IMG/VR virus record: IMGVR_UViG_3300043411_001314
Location: 1-64,000 of that record
Direction: 5' to 3' (one strand)
DNA length: 64,000 nucleotides
DNA from: a virus
The notes beneath the pieces are model-generated. The model worked only from the letters and a program-made list of their open reading frames with translations, did no database searches and was not told the origin of the DNA. Every line of letters begins with the position of its first letter. Position 1 is the stretch's first letter. The translations under genes were made by a program, and so were the position numbers. Shown here piece after piece: positions 46,324 to 54,587 of this stretch.

Positions 46324-46544
46324 CCTGGGTCGGCGATGGTGTAGGAGTTGGACCTGGCGTTCCGCGTGAGCCGGCCGGCGTCCTCGAGTTGCTGGAAGAG
46401 CTGGGTGATCCGTTGCCGCGACAGCAGGAGGTCGGCGGCGATGTCGGCCTGCTTCATGCGGAGGATCCCCCCGGTGGAGTAGACCCAGAGAAGCTCGTGG
46501 AGGTCCTCGAGGCTGATCGCCCCGCCGGTATGTTGATTGGGCAT
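46296..46544 (-). CDS. winged-helix DNA-binding protein
   Basis: MKQADIAADLLLSRQRITQLFQQLEDAGRL (Crp-like HTH). Confidence 0.75.
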   Translation of the reverse strand: MPNQHTGGAISLEDLHELLWVYSTGGILRMKQADIAADLLLSRQRITQLFQQLEDAGRLTRNARSNSYTIADPGESILAEGR

Positions 46545-46553
46545 GCCCGCCCC

Positions 46554-46582
46554 TTGATTGGAATCAGGGAATCAGATACGGT
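46554..46582 (+). promoter_or_regulatory. sigmaA-type leaderless promoter with GGAATCAG tandem repeat in spacer
   Basis: TTGATT-N17-TACGGT, ATG 6 nt downstream. Confidence 0.65.
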
Positions 46583-46588
46583 GGGGGC

Positions 46589-46858
46589 ATGCGCTCAGCA
46601 ACCCTCATCACCGAACGGTACACCCAGACGAGGCCGGCCATGAGATGCCCCCTCTGCTCTCGGGCCATCCGCGTCGGCCAGTACACCCTCCGCCTGAAGA
46701 CCGGCGCCCGATGGGACACCAACGTCCACGCTTCCTGCCTGAAGGAGTGGGTGGTCGGTGTCCCGGAGGACGAGACACCACCCTTGGCGGTGGAGGCCGA
46801 GTTCCAGCGGATCAGGCGCGAGCTCGTCGGGTTCTGCTCAGGAGGGGATGGCCGATGA
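46589..46858 (+). CDS. Zn-finger hypothetical protein
   Basis: CPLC..I..G...HASC. Confidence 0.65.
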   Translation: MRSATLITERYTQTRPAMRCPLCSRAIRVGQYTLRLKTGARWDTNVHASCLKEWVVGVPEDETPPLAVEAEFQRIRRELVGFCSGGDGR

Positions 46859-47172
46859 ACGAGGTACCGACCTACACACCCCCCGAGGGTGTGCACGGCC
46901 CGACACTGGGCCGCGACCTGCCCGACGGGTGCGAGCGGAAGCCTGCCGGGTCCCCCACGGCGAGGTGGCTGTGTGGTGCGGCTCCCGCGGCGTACAGGGA
47001 CACCCTCTTCTGGTGGCGCTTCCCGCCGTTCGAGCCGGGCGACCGGGTGCAGCTCACCGGGACGGTGGGGGAGACGGACGACGGATGGCACGTCGTCGTC
47101 CTCGACGGCGACAACGACGATTCCACGCGGTGGTTCCCCACCGCCGCCCTCACCCGTGTGGTGACCCCGTGA
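46855..47172 (+). CDS. [15 protein letters not shown]-family protein (copy 3)
   Basis: paralogue of 15163..15498. Confidence 0.75.
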   Translation: MNEVPTYTPPEGVHGPTLGRDLPDGCERKPAGSPTARWLCGAAPAAYRDTLFWWRFPPFEPGDRVQLTGTVGETDDGWHVVVLDGDNDDSTRWFPTAALTRVVTP

Positions 47173-48599
47173 CCGCCCCGGAGTGGCGTGACTGCGCCGA
47201 CCCCGACGAGTTGGCCGCAGCGGTCGCCGCAGGGGTTGAGGTGTTGTTGGTCGTCCAGTCCTTCGATCCCCGGCCGACCAACTGTGTGACGGATACGGAG
47301 TTCGCTGACAACATGAATGTGGGCGCCGCCTATCGCGTCCCCACCGCGTGGACGTACCTCGGGACGTTCCCGAGGCGCCCGGAGCCCCCCGCCCCCGACG
47401 ACACCACGGAGCCACCGTGCCAGAAGTGCGGTCACTACGAGCCAGACGTCGTGGTCCCGTCGCCGCTGTGGAACTACGTCATGCGGGGCAACGACATCGA
47501 CGGCCCGGCGCTCTATGGCGATCTGGTGTGTGCTCGGTGCTTCATCGGGCTTGCGGTCGAGGCCGGGGTGGAGCACGGCTGGCGGCTCACAACCACCGCC
47601 ATGCCTGAGGGTCTGGTCTACGAAACGCCGTCGGGCCGCGTGTGGGACCACTCCGCATGGATGTGGGTGGAACCCCCCGCCACCGACAACCTCGCGGCCC
47701 GTGCCCGCCGACACGCCGACACGCACCCCGAGAGCCGGGACCTGATCGAGGAGTTGCTGGGGGCGTGGGACCAGCTTGCCGACCGTGCGGCCGAGGCCCA
47801 GGCGGCGGCATGGGACCAGCGGCTCAACTGGACGGGTAAATGGCCCACACCCCCGGACGGATGCGAGGCGGTGTTCCTGCCGACCGACGTGGTGGACCAC
47901 TACGTCAGCGCCGAGCCACCCTCCGGGCGGTGGGAGCGACAAGCGTCCTTCGTGGTCGACGCCTGCCGCGAGGCGCAGGCCCGCCGTGGCACCACCCCCA
48001 CCACCCCAGGCGGCGACCCGCGGGACGCCGTGCGCTTGCTCGACCTGGCGTGGGGTGTGATCGCCAACGCCGACGGGTGGGACGACGACACCTCATGGCG
48101 GCAGGCGGCTGAGCGGTGGCGCGACGGGTACCACCGGTTCCTCGACGCACTGCGCGAGGAACCCACCGCGCCCCCGGCCCCCACCCCGCCCCCCGCCCCG
48201 CCGTGGCCGGGTGTGGTGCTGTCCGGTCTCTGCGACGAGGACGGGCAGCCGACGTGGCTCGCCCTGGCTGGGGACGTGCGCGGCGAGCAGGCTCGGCAGT
48301 ACCGGGATGATGAGTGGTGCGGGTCCTACAACGAGACGGACGAGTGGTCCGAAACCGCGTGGGTGGAGGTGCGTGCTCCCCGGGCCGTGCCGGAGCCCGA
48401 GACGGAGCGGGTGCCGGTGCTCGACGCCATCCGCGACCGGATCGAGCTGACGCACCCCGAAGGCGAGTTCCTGGCGGTCGGGGTGGAGTTGCGCGAGGAC
48501 GGCGACCTCGTGGCCATCGAGCAACAGGAACCGTGGGGCAAGGCCCAGCCCGTCGCCCCCGATGGCACCGTTGAGGTGCTGAGGGACGGCGGGCGGTGA
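47169..48599 (+). CDS. modular hypothetical protein (paralogue of 14318..15166 with extra modules)
   Basis: shared terminal blocks; internal CQKC..C..C, HPESRDLI and AWGVIANA..W modules. Confidence 0.75.
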   Translation: MTAPEWRDCADPDELAAAVAAGVEVLLVVQSFDPRPTNCVTDTEFADNMNVGAAYRVPTAWTYLGTFPRRPEPPAPDDTTEPPCQKCGHYEPDVVVPSPLWNYVMRGNDIDGPALYGDLVCARCFIGLAVEAGVEHGWRLTTTAMPEGLVYETPSGRVWDHSAWMWVEPPATDNLAARARRHADTHPESRDLIEELLGAWDQLADRAAEAQAAAWDQRLNWTGKWPTPPDGCEAVFLPTDVVDHYVSAEPPSGRWERQASFVVDACREAQARRGTTPTTPGGDPRDAVRLLDLAWGVIANADGWDDDTSWRQAAERWRDGYHRFLDALREEPTAPPAPTPPPAPPWPGVVLSGLCDEDGQPTWLALAGDVRGEQARQYRDDEWCGSYNETDEWSETAWVEVRAPRAVPEPETERVPVLDAIRDRIELTHPEGEFLAVGVELREDGDLVAIEQQEPWGKAQPVAPDGTVEVLRDGGR

Positions 48600-48826
48600 G
48601 CGGCCCGCTTGACCTTGTGGTGCTTCTAGACCCCTGCGCCCCCCGCCCCGTGTACCACGCCATCGGCAACTACCGGGACCAGCACCCGGAGGGCCTGACC
48701 GTGGCGTGTGGCGCCATGTGGGCGCCGCGGAACCGGTGGGGCTTCATGGACTACGGCCTCTCGGCACGGCTGCGCCGGGAACACGCTCGGCTGTTCGCCC
48801 GGCCGTGCAAGCGGTGCTTCGGATGA
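48596..48826 (+). CDS. Zn-binding hypothetical protein
   Basis: YH...ACG...PCKRCF. Confidence 0.6.
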   Translation: MSGPLDLVVLLDPCAPRPVYHAIGNYRDQHPEGLTVACGAMWAPRNRWGFMDYGLSARLRREHARLFARPCKRCFG

Positions 48827-48993
48827 CCCGTCAGACGTGGTGCCTCGCAGCACTCGCAGCGATGGCGGCGGCCGGGTGCTGGCACGCCGGCCGCACCGGT
48901 GAGGCCGTGTGGTCGGCGCTGTTCGGCCTGCTCGGCGGCGGGTTCCTGTTTCTGATCGGTTGGACATGGCATGACGAAGGAGTGAGCGAGTGA
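48823..48993 (+). CDS. small membrane protein (TRQTWCLAALA family)
   Basis: two TMs; ATGA-coupled. Confidence 0.6.
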   Translation: MTRQTWCLAALAAMAAAGCWHAGRTGEAVWSALFGLLGGGFLFLIGWTWHDEGVSE

Positions 48994-49256
48994 AGGCAAC
49001 AACGACCTACCGAAAGGTGGGCACGCTGCGGTACGAGTGCGCCGGATGCGACAACACGGCCGAGGTCCCCGTGCGAGTGGAGATCTTCACCGAACCCATC
49101 GGCCCTACGTGGGTCAAGACGACCACGCGACTGCCGAAGCTCCCGGATCTCACGCCCGACGGGTGGATGGTGTCCGACCCATACACGCACCTGACGTACT
49201 GCCCAACGTGTTGGGCGCAGATCGACGCGGATGTGGCCGAGAAGGCGCAGGGATGA
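48990..49256 (+). CDS. Zn-ribbon hypothetical protein
   Basis: CAGC...PDGW...YCPTC. Confidence 0.65.
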   Translation: MKATTTYRKVGTLRYECAGCDNTAEVPVRVEIFTEPIGPTWVKTTTRLPKLPDLTPDGWMVSDPYTHLTYCPTCWAQIDADVAEKAQG

Positions 49257-49492
49257 CCGCCGCCAGTCAGGGCGCAACGAATCGCCGCAAGGGCCACGAG
49301 ACGGAGCGGGTGCCCGCGTGGGAGGCGGTCAAGGATGGGCGTCGAGTCGTGGGAGCATCCGAGCCTTTCGAGGCGCACTACATCTGGCGAAGCGGTCCGG
49401 ACCGGGCGTTCATCGGGGAGCGGACGATGGATAGGGCGGTCCTGATCGCCCCCGATGGCACGGTCGAGGTGCTGAAGGACGGCGGGCAGTGA
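49253..49492 (+). CDS. stand-alone ETERVP..DGTVEVL module protein
   Basis: same terminal motifs as the C-termini of 14318..15166 and 47169..48599. Confidence 0.65.
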   Translation: MTAASQGATNRRKGHETERVPAWEAVKDGRRVVGASEPFEAHYIWRSGPDRAFIGERTMDRAVLIAPDGTVEVLKDGGQ

Positions 49493-49689
49493 GCGGCGAC
49501 CTGAGCGTGCGGCTCACCCACCACGACCCCGGCGCCAACGTGCGCGTGGAGGTGGGCGAGGAGGGCACCGTCTGGCTGTGGCTCGTCACGGACGAGGACC
49601 AGCCCGCAGAGGACGCCACGTTGACCCCGGCCGAGGCGCGATCCCTGGCCGCTGCGCTGAACCACATCGCCACCGAGGCCACCCCGTGA
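49489..49689 (+). CDS. hypothetical protein
   Basis: LTPAEARSLAAAL motif. Confidence 0.6.
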   Translation: MSGDLSVRLTHHDPGANVRVEVGEEGTVWLWLVTDEDQPAEDATLTPAEARSLAAALNHIATEATP

Positions 49690-49736
49690 CCCGCCAGGCG
49701 TGGTGTCTGGCGGTGCTCGCGGTCGCGGCAGCGGCC

Positions 49737-49764
49737 TTGACCCGATCGGGTGGGGTGATACTGT
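49737..49764 (+). promoter_or_regulatory. sigmaA-type promoter with extended -10
   Basis: TTGACC-N16-TACTGT preceded by TGA. Confidence 0.6.
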
Positions 49765-49795
49765 ATCAGTAGCCCCGATCTCGACAGGAGACAGA

Positions 49796-50398
49796 GTGAC
49801 CGTCTACAGCCCCGCCTCAGAGGTCGAGCGCATCGCCCGCAGCCTCATCCCGTTTCACCACTCCCATCTCGCCGGCGTGCGGATCGAGTACGTGTTTCGG
49901 GAGAAACCAGCGGTGTCGGGCGGCGTCACCACCTGGGGCTCGGCTCGTAAGATGTCCGGCCTCGCGGCGCTGCTCGGTACGCCAGGCGCCCTGGACTCCT
50001 CACACCTGGACTTCTTCGTGATCGAGATCGCTCGGCCGGTGTGGGACGAGATCGGTTCAGCCCAACGCAAGGCGCTGGTCGACCACGAGCTCTCCCACTG
50101 TGGCCTGAAGATCGACGACGAGACAGGCAACGTGAAGCTGGTGATGCTCACCCACGACCTCGAGGAGTTCTCCGGGGTGCTGCGCCGGCACGGCATGTGG
50201 AAGCAGGACATCGCCAGGTTCCTCGGCGATGTGGGCCCGGCCCAGTTGGCCATGTTCAGCGACACGCTCGAGTTGGTGGACGCAGACTCCTTCGACCCGT
50301 CGAACCCGGCCCACTCTGGCGCCCCTTCGAACCCGGTGGAGAGCACGCCGGATTCGACCCCCTTCCCAACCACCCCAGACATCCAAGGAACAACATGA
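49796..50398 (+). CDS. putative phage metallopeptidase
   Basis: DFFVIEI...W......ALVDHELSHC...HDLEEF..V.RRHG.W. Confidence 0.85.
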   Translation: MTVYSPASEVERIARSLIPFHHSHLAGVRIEYVFREKPAVSGGVTTWGSARKMSGLAALLGTPGALDSSHLDFFVIEIARPVWDEIGSAQRKALVDHELSHCGLKIDDETGNVKLVMLTHDLEEFSGVLRRHGMWKQDIARFLGDVGPAQLAMFSDTLELVDADSFDPSNPAHSGAPSNPVESTPDSTPFPTTPDIQGTT

Positions 50399-50799
50399 AG
50401 AAGCTCGTCCTCATCCTCGCGGCCCTGGCGCTGTCCGTTCTGGCCTGCACGCCGTCCGCCGAGGTGATCGAACGCGACGCCGTCGACCGCATCGCTGACG
50501 CCCTCGACATCACCGACCTGAAGTGCGAGGAGGTCCGCGCTCACCCCAACCAGGAGAACGTGTGGATCCTCTACTGCGACAAGTCCGGGCCCGGCGCCCC
50601 GAGCTCCGACTGGGCCCTCGTCGACGCAGCGGTGCGCTACTCCGGCTCCAACGCCACGGCAACCTCCTCCGCCACGTTCGAGTCCGCCGGCTACGTGGTG
50701 ACCTACAAGCAGACCTGCAAGTGGGTCAGCCGCAACAACAACTGGACCGTCTCGTCCTGCACCGCCCCGCTCCGCACGTCGTCCTTCCCGCTCGGATGA
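50395..50799 (+). CDS. lipoprotein
   Basis: MKKLVLILAALALSVLAC lipobox; four further Cys. Confidence 0.75.
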   Translation: MKKLVLILAALALSVLACTPSAEVIERDAVDRIADALDITDLKCEEVRAHPNQENVWILYCDKSGPGAPSSDWALVDAAVRYSGSNATATSSATFESAGYVVTYKQTCKWVSRNNNWTVSSCTAPLRTSSFPLG

Positions 50800-50836
50800 G
50801 CGACGCCCCCAACCCCAACCCTGAGAAGGAATAGCT

Positions 50837-51295
50837 ATGGACAACACCGTGACCCTCGTGGGCAACGCAACCAGGGAGCCAGAAGTTCGCTACACCCCCA
50901 GCGGACAGACCGTGGTCACCTTCGGCCTGGCGGTCAATCGCCGCTGGCAGAACAAGACCACCAACGAATGGGAGGAGCAGGTCTCCTTCTTCGACGTCAA
51001 GTGCTGGGGTCAGATGGGCGAGAACGTCGCCGAGTCGGTGCCCCGCGGTACCCGCGTCGTCGTCACCGGTCGCCTCGAGCAGCGCTCGTGGGAGTCCGAC
51101 GCTGGCGAGAAGCGCTCCAAGGTGGAGGTGGTGGCCGATGAGGTCGCCCCCAGCCTCCGCTGGGCCACCGCCCAAGTGCAGAAGATCGAGCGCCAGGGGT
51201 CCGGTGGTTCGGGTGGCGCTGGCTACCAGGCGCAGGCGGGGGGCGGGGGTCGCCAGGCCCCGGTCGACAACTACGGGGACGAGGAGCCGTTCTGA
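50837..51295 (+). CDS. ssb: single-stranded DNA-binding protein
   Basis: TLVGN.TREPE.RYTPSG, GRLEQRSWE, acidic DEEPF tail. Confidence 0.97.
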   Translation: MDNTVTLVGNATREPEVRYTPSGQTVVTFGLAVNRRWQNKTTNEWEEQVSFFDVKCWGQMGENVAESVPRGTRVVVTGRLEQRSWESDAGEKRSKVEVVADEVAPSLRWATAQVQKIERQGSGGSGGAGYQAQAGGGGRQAPVDNYGDEEPF

Positions 51296-51296
51296 T

Positions 51297-51524
51297 ATGT
51301 CGGACCTGATGGAGTGTCCCGACGTCCGCACGACGGACCACGAGGACAACGACGGGTGCGCCCATGTGGTGGTGCCGGCCTCGGCCGTCACCGAGGCGTA
51401 CATCACCGGCGCCCCGGTGACCGCCCTGTGCGGGAAGACGTGGGTCCCGAGCAGGGACCCCAACAGGTACCCGATGTGCCAGACCTGCAAGGAACGGCTT
51501 GAGTCCTTCAGGGCGCCCACGTAG
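51297..51524 (+). CDS. DUF3039-family protein
   Basis: AH.V....VTEAYITG.PV.ALCGKTWVPSRDP..YP.C..CKE. Confidence 0.85.
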   Translation: MSDLMECPDVRTTDHEDNDGCAHVVVPASAVTEAYITGAPVTALCGKTWVPSRDPNRYPMCQTCKERLESFRAPT

Positions 51525-51555
51525 ACTGGCCGTCATTGACAGTGCGGTGCAACCC

Positions 51556-51591
51556 AAGAAGGCCCCCCCGCTCCGGCGGGGGGGCCTTCTT
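51556..51591. terminator. intrinsic terminator
   Basis: AAGAAGGCCCCCCCGC-TCCG-GCGGGGGGGCCTTCTT. Confidence 0.85.
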
Positions 51592-51603
51592 GTCGTTGGT
51601 GAG

Positions 51604-51631
51604 TGAATGAGACTTTCGGTGCCTCCGATAA
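51604..51631 (+). promoter_or_regulatory. sigma28/WhiG-type late promoter (leaderless)
   Basis: TGAA-N16-TCCGATAA, GTG 7 nt downstream. Confidence 0.75.
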
Positions 51632-51638
51632 CTGAATC

Positions 51639-52343
51639 GTGGATGTTTCACCAGAAGCGAAGCGGGTCGCACACGACCTTCTGATTGACCTGACGGGTGA
51701 TCATCCAGCCGATTGCGTCATCTGCGCGACGGCCAACCACGATCTAGGAGACGCCCACGTGGCCGAGATCACCGAAGCTGACGTCACCGCCGCGGTGGCC
51801 AAGGCCGTAGCAGACAAGGAAGCCGAGTTCCAGGCGCAGATCTCCGATCTCCAAGCCAAGCTCGACTCCCGCGAGACCGAGTCCAAGGTTGCCGACCTTC
51901 AACGGCAGCTTGACGCCGAGGCGATCGCCCGCAAGGCCGCCGAGGATCAGCTCAACGACACCGTCGCCTTCCTGAGCGCCGAGCATGTCCGCCTCGAGGA
52001 TGAGGCTCGCATCGAGGCCGCCAAGGCCGAGCGTGTCCAGGCCGTCCGCGACCTGGACCTCTTCCCCGAGGATCAGCTCGAGGGTCGCATCGAGGCGAAC
52101 GCCGACCGCTGGGCGGCCATGGACGCCGACCAGTGGGGTGAGCAGCTCGCCGACTACCAGGCCGTGAAGGCCCGGATCGTCGACGCCCTGGGCGCCTCCC
52201 ACAACCCCGTCGGTGACGCCAAGGAGCCCGGGCAGTCCGCCCTCGGCGGCGCCGGCGTGAAGGACTCCAAGGACGACGGGGACTCCCGGAGCCTGGTGAC
52301 CGACATCATGTCCGACCGCTACGCCATCACCGGCAGAATCTGA
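51639..52343 (+). CDS. capsid scaffolding protein
   Basis: acidic coiled coil upstream of capsid genes. Confidence 0.7.
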   Translation: MDVSPEAKRVAHDLLIDLTGDHPADCVICATANHDLGDAHVAEITEADVTAAVAKAVADKEAEFQAQISDLQAKLDSRETESKVADLQRQLDAEAIARKAAEDQLNDTVAFLSAEHVRLEDEARIEAAKAERVQAVRDLDLFPEDQLEGRIEANADRWAAMDADQWGEQLADYQAVKARIVDALGASHNPVGDAKEPGQSALGGAGVKDSKDDGDSRSLVTDIMSDRYAITGRI

Positions 52344-52356
52344 AAGGCCAAGTTCG

Positions 52357-52917
52357 ATGAGCTCCCTTGGACGCAACTTCTCGTTCCTCCAGTCGCCGCT
52401 GCCCGAGCACCGTCTCGGCCGGTACAAGACTGGCGCAACCGTCTTCCCGCAGGGCGCGCCCGTGGTCGCCACCGGCGCCATGGACACCGCCGACAAGCGT
52501 CGCACCGTGGCCCTGGCTGCGGCTGACGCTGACGTCGCCACCGTCACCGGTGGCCTCGGCGGCATCCTCGTGTGGGATGAGGCATGGACCAACTTCCACG
52601 GCTACGACCCGGTGCTGACCACGGCTTCGGACATCGACACCGTTCCCACCTACACGCCCGCTCAGGTCGTGCACGGCACCGAGGTCCGGGTCCAGTTCCG
52701 CAACACCATCGACCGATCGTTCCTGGGCCTCCGGGACTACGACGGCCGGACCATCATCAACCTCACCAGCATGGTGCTCGGTGACTACCTCACGCCCGGT
52801 GCCGGCGACGACACCAACGGCTACTGGAAGCGGACCACCACCGCCGGTGATGGTTGGCTTCGTGTTACCGCAATCGACACCACCAACGGGCTCGTCGAAG
52901 CCCAGATGCTCTTCTGA
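52357..52917 (+). CDS. head decoration / minor capsid protein
   Basis: beta-rich, between scaffold and major capsid. Confidence 0.6.
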   Translation: MSSLGRNFSFLQSPLPEHRLGRYKTGATVFPQGAPVVATGAMDTADKRRTVALAAADADVATVTGGLGGILVWDEAWTNFHGYDPVLTTASDIDTVPTYTPAQVVHGTEVRVQFRNTIDRSFLGLRDYDGRTIINLTSMVLGDYLTPGAGDDTNGYWKRTTTAGDGWLRVTAIDTTNGLVEAQMLF

Positions 52918-52931
52918 GAGGGGAGAACACA

Positions 52932-53867
52932 ATGGGCAGCATCCGACAGATCGGATACAAGGATTTCGGCGGCAAGAACGCCGAACTCGCGCAGAAGATT
53001 GCGATCCTGGACGCCGAGGCTCGCGAGAACTGGTACAACGACGAGTGGCGTGCCGAGCACATCCACGACGTCCAGACCACCATCTTCGAGGGCTTCACCC
53101 ACGAGAGCCTCCTGGGCCTCATGTCGACGGTCGAGACCGTCGACGAGGGCGAGCGCATCGTCATCGAAGAGGTCCGGGGCCTGAAGGTCTGGTTCGTGTC
53201 CGCTGGTGGTCAGATCGACGAGTCGACCATCACCAGCGAGTCGGCCGAGCTTCGCCGGGACTTCGTGGGCTACCACGTCAACGAGCGCACCGAGAAGATC
53301 CGCTCCGGGTTCTCCCGGCAGATGGCGACCATGGCGACGCTGGCGATCAGCCAGATGGACGCCGCCATCAACCAGCGTCTCCTCGGGGCCTTCCAGGCCG
53401 CGATCGACAACGCCTCGCCGTACTACATCAGCGGCGCCGGTCTCTCCCTGCCGGCACTGAACACCGCCATCACCGAGGTCGTCGATGAGACCCTCGATGG
53501 TCCGGTGACGGTCGTCGGCCGTGGCACCATGGTCGACCAGATCGTGAACGAACTCCAAGACCTGAACGGGTTCACCCCCGCCAGCAACGAGGAGATCCTT
53601 CGCACCGGCCGGCTCGGTGAGTACCGGGGCACCAACATCGTCCGCCTGAAGAACCACAAGGATGCCGACGGCAACTCCTTCTTCCCGGACAACGAGATGT
53701 TCGTGCTCGGGGCCGACGCCTCGAAGACGGGCTTCTGGGGTGGCATGCACTCCGCCGAGTGGACCACCCCCGAGGGCTTCTACACCAACATCCTCGGCGT
53801 GCGCACCTTCGGGTGTGCGGTCCACCACCCGGAGCGTGCTCGCCGGATCGTGGACACCTCGCTCTGA
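52932..53867 (+). CDS. major capsid protein (HK97-like, putative)
   Basis: 311 aa, GGGAG RBS, GRLGEYRGTNIV P-domain-like motif, followed by terminator. Confidence 0.8.
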   Translation: MGSIRQIGYKDFGGKNAELAQKIAILDAEARENWYNDEWRAEHIHDVQTTIFEGFTHESLLGLMSTVETVDEGERIVIEEVRGLKVWFVSAGGQIDESTITSESAELRRDFVGYHVNERTEKIRSGFSRQMATMATLAISQMDAAINQRLLGAFQAAIDNASPYYISGAGLSLPALNTAITEVVDETLDGPVTVVGRGTMVDQIVNELQDLNGFTPASNEEILRTGRLGEYRGTNIVRLKNHKDADGNSFFPDNEMFVLGADASKTGFWGGMHSAEWTTPEGFYTNILGVRTFGCAVHHPERARRIVDTSL

Positions 53868-53890
53868 TCCCTCCCGGTCACGAGTGATGC

Positions 53891-53920
53891 AGAGGCCGGG
53901 CCTTCGGGGCCCGGCCTCTT
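53891..53920 (+). terminator. intrinsic terminator
   Basis: AGAGGCCGGGCC-TTCGG-GGCCCGGCCTCTT. Confidence 0.8.
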
Positions 53921-53927
53921 CGCGTTG

Positions 53928-53955
53928 CGAATGACTGGATCGGATGGGCCGATAA
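53928..53955 (+). promoter_or_regulatory. sigma28/WhiG-type late promoter
   Basis: CGAA-N16-GCCGATAA just after the capsid terminator. Confidence 0.75.
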
Positions 53956-54002
53956 CAGTTCGTAGACGCCGCGCCCCAGCGGCGTGATGGAAGGATGGAA
54001 TC

Positions 54003-54554
54003 ATGACTGTGGAACTGGAAACCTGGGTGAACGAGACCCGAGCGACGTGGCTGGTCAATCGGCTGAACCCCGATGGCACCACCCGCCAGGAGATGGTGCG
54101 TGGCAACGCCACGGTGATGCTCACCCCCCAGGAGCGTGAGCTCAACCAGTCGAACGCCAAGCCGGCGCTGGACCCGTTCCTGAACGGCACGTTCACCTGC
54201 CTCGCCGGCGACTCGGCACCGGAGAGCTCCAACCGCCTCACCGACGACGACATCGAGGAGCTCCTCTCGGGACACTGGAAGCGTGCGGCCAAGCGCCTCG
54301 AGGAGATCACCTCCGAGGCCGCCCTCACCCGTGTGCTCAACGTCGCCCTGGAGTCCGGCGCCGGCGCCAAGCGCATCGAGATGGTCCGCGACCGGATCCT
54401 GGAGATCAACCCCCGACGGGTGTTCCCCACCCAGTCCCGCTCGATCTCGCCGCAGTCTGAGCTGCAGGGCGTGGCCAAGCCGACCGACCTGATCCCCGAG
54501 CCCCCGAAGACGAACTTCCAGGAGCTCGCCGGCAACCTGATGGCGAACCTGTGA
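54003..54554 (+). CDS. head-associated hypothetical protein
   Basis: position in the structural block; GGA RBS. Confidence 0.65.
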   Translation: MTVELETWVNETRATWLVNRLNPDGTTRQEMVRGNATVMLTPQERELNQSNAKPALDPFLNGTFTCLAGDSAPESSNRLTDDDIEELLSGHWKRAAKRLEEITSEAALTRVLNVALESGAGAKRIEMVRDRILEINPRRVFPTQSRSISPQSELQGVAKPTDLIPEPPKTNFQELAGNLMANL

Positions 54555-54587
54555 TGAGTGTCCCAGGGTTTGGAACGGAGATGTCCA

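Noticed and set aside
14318-48599. Diversity-generating retroelement (TR/VR pair) as the explanation for the paralogous cassettes
   Set aside because: No reverse transcriptase in the window; differences are not adenine-specific and include whole unrelated segments
52821-54275. 484-aa minus-strand ORF
   Set aside because: Antisense to the major capsid gene and crosses its terminator
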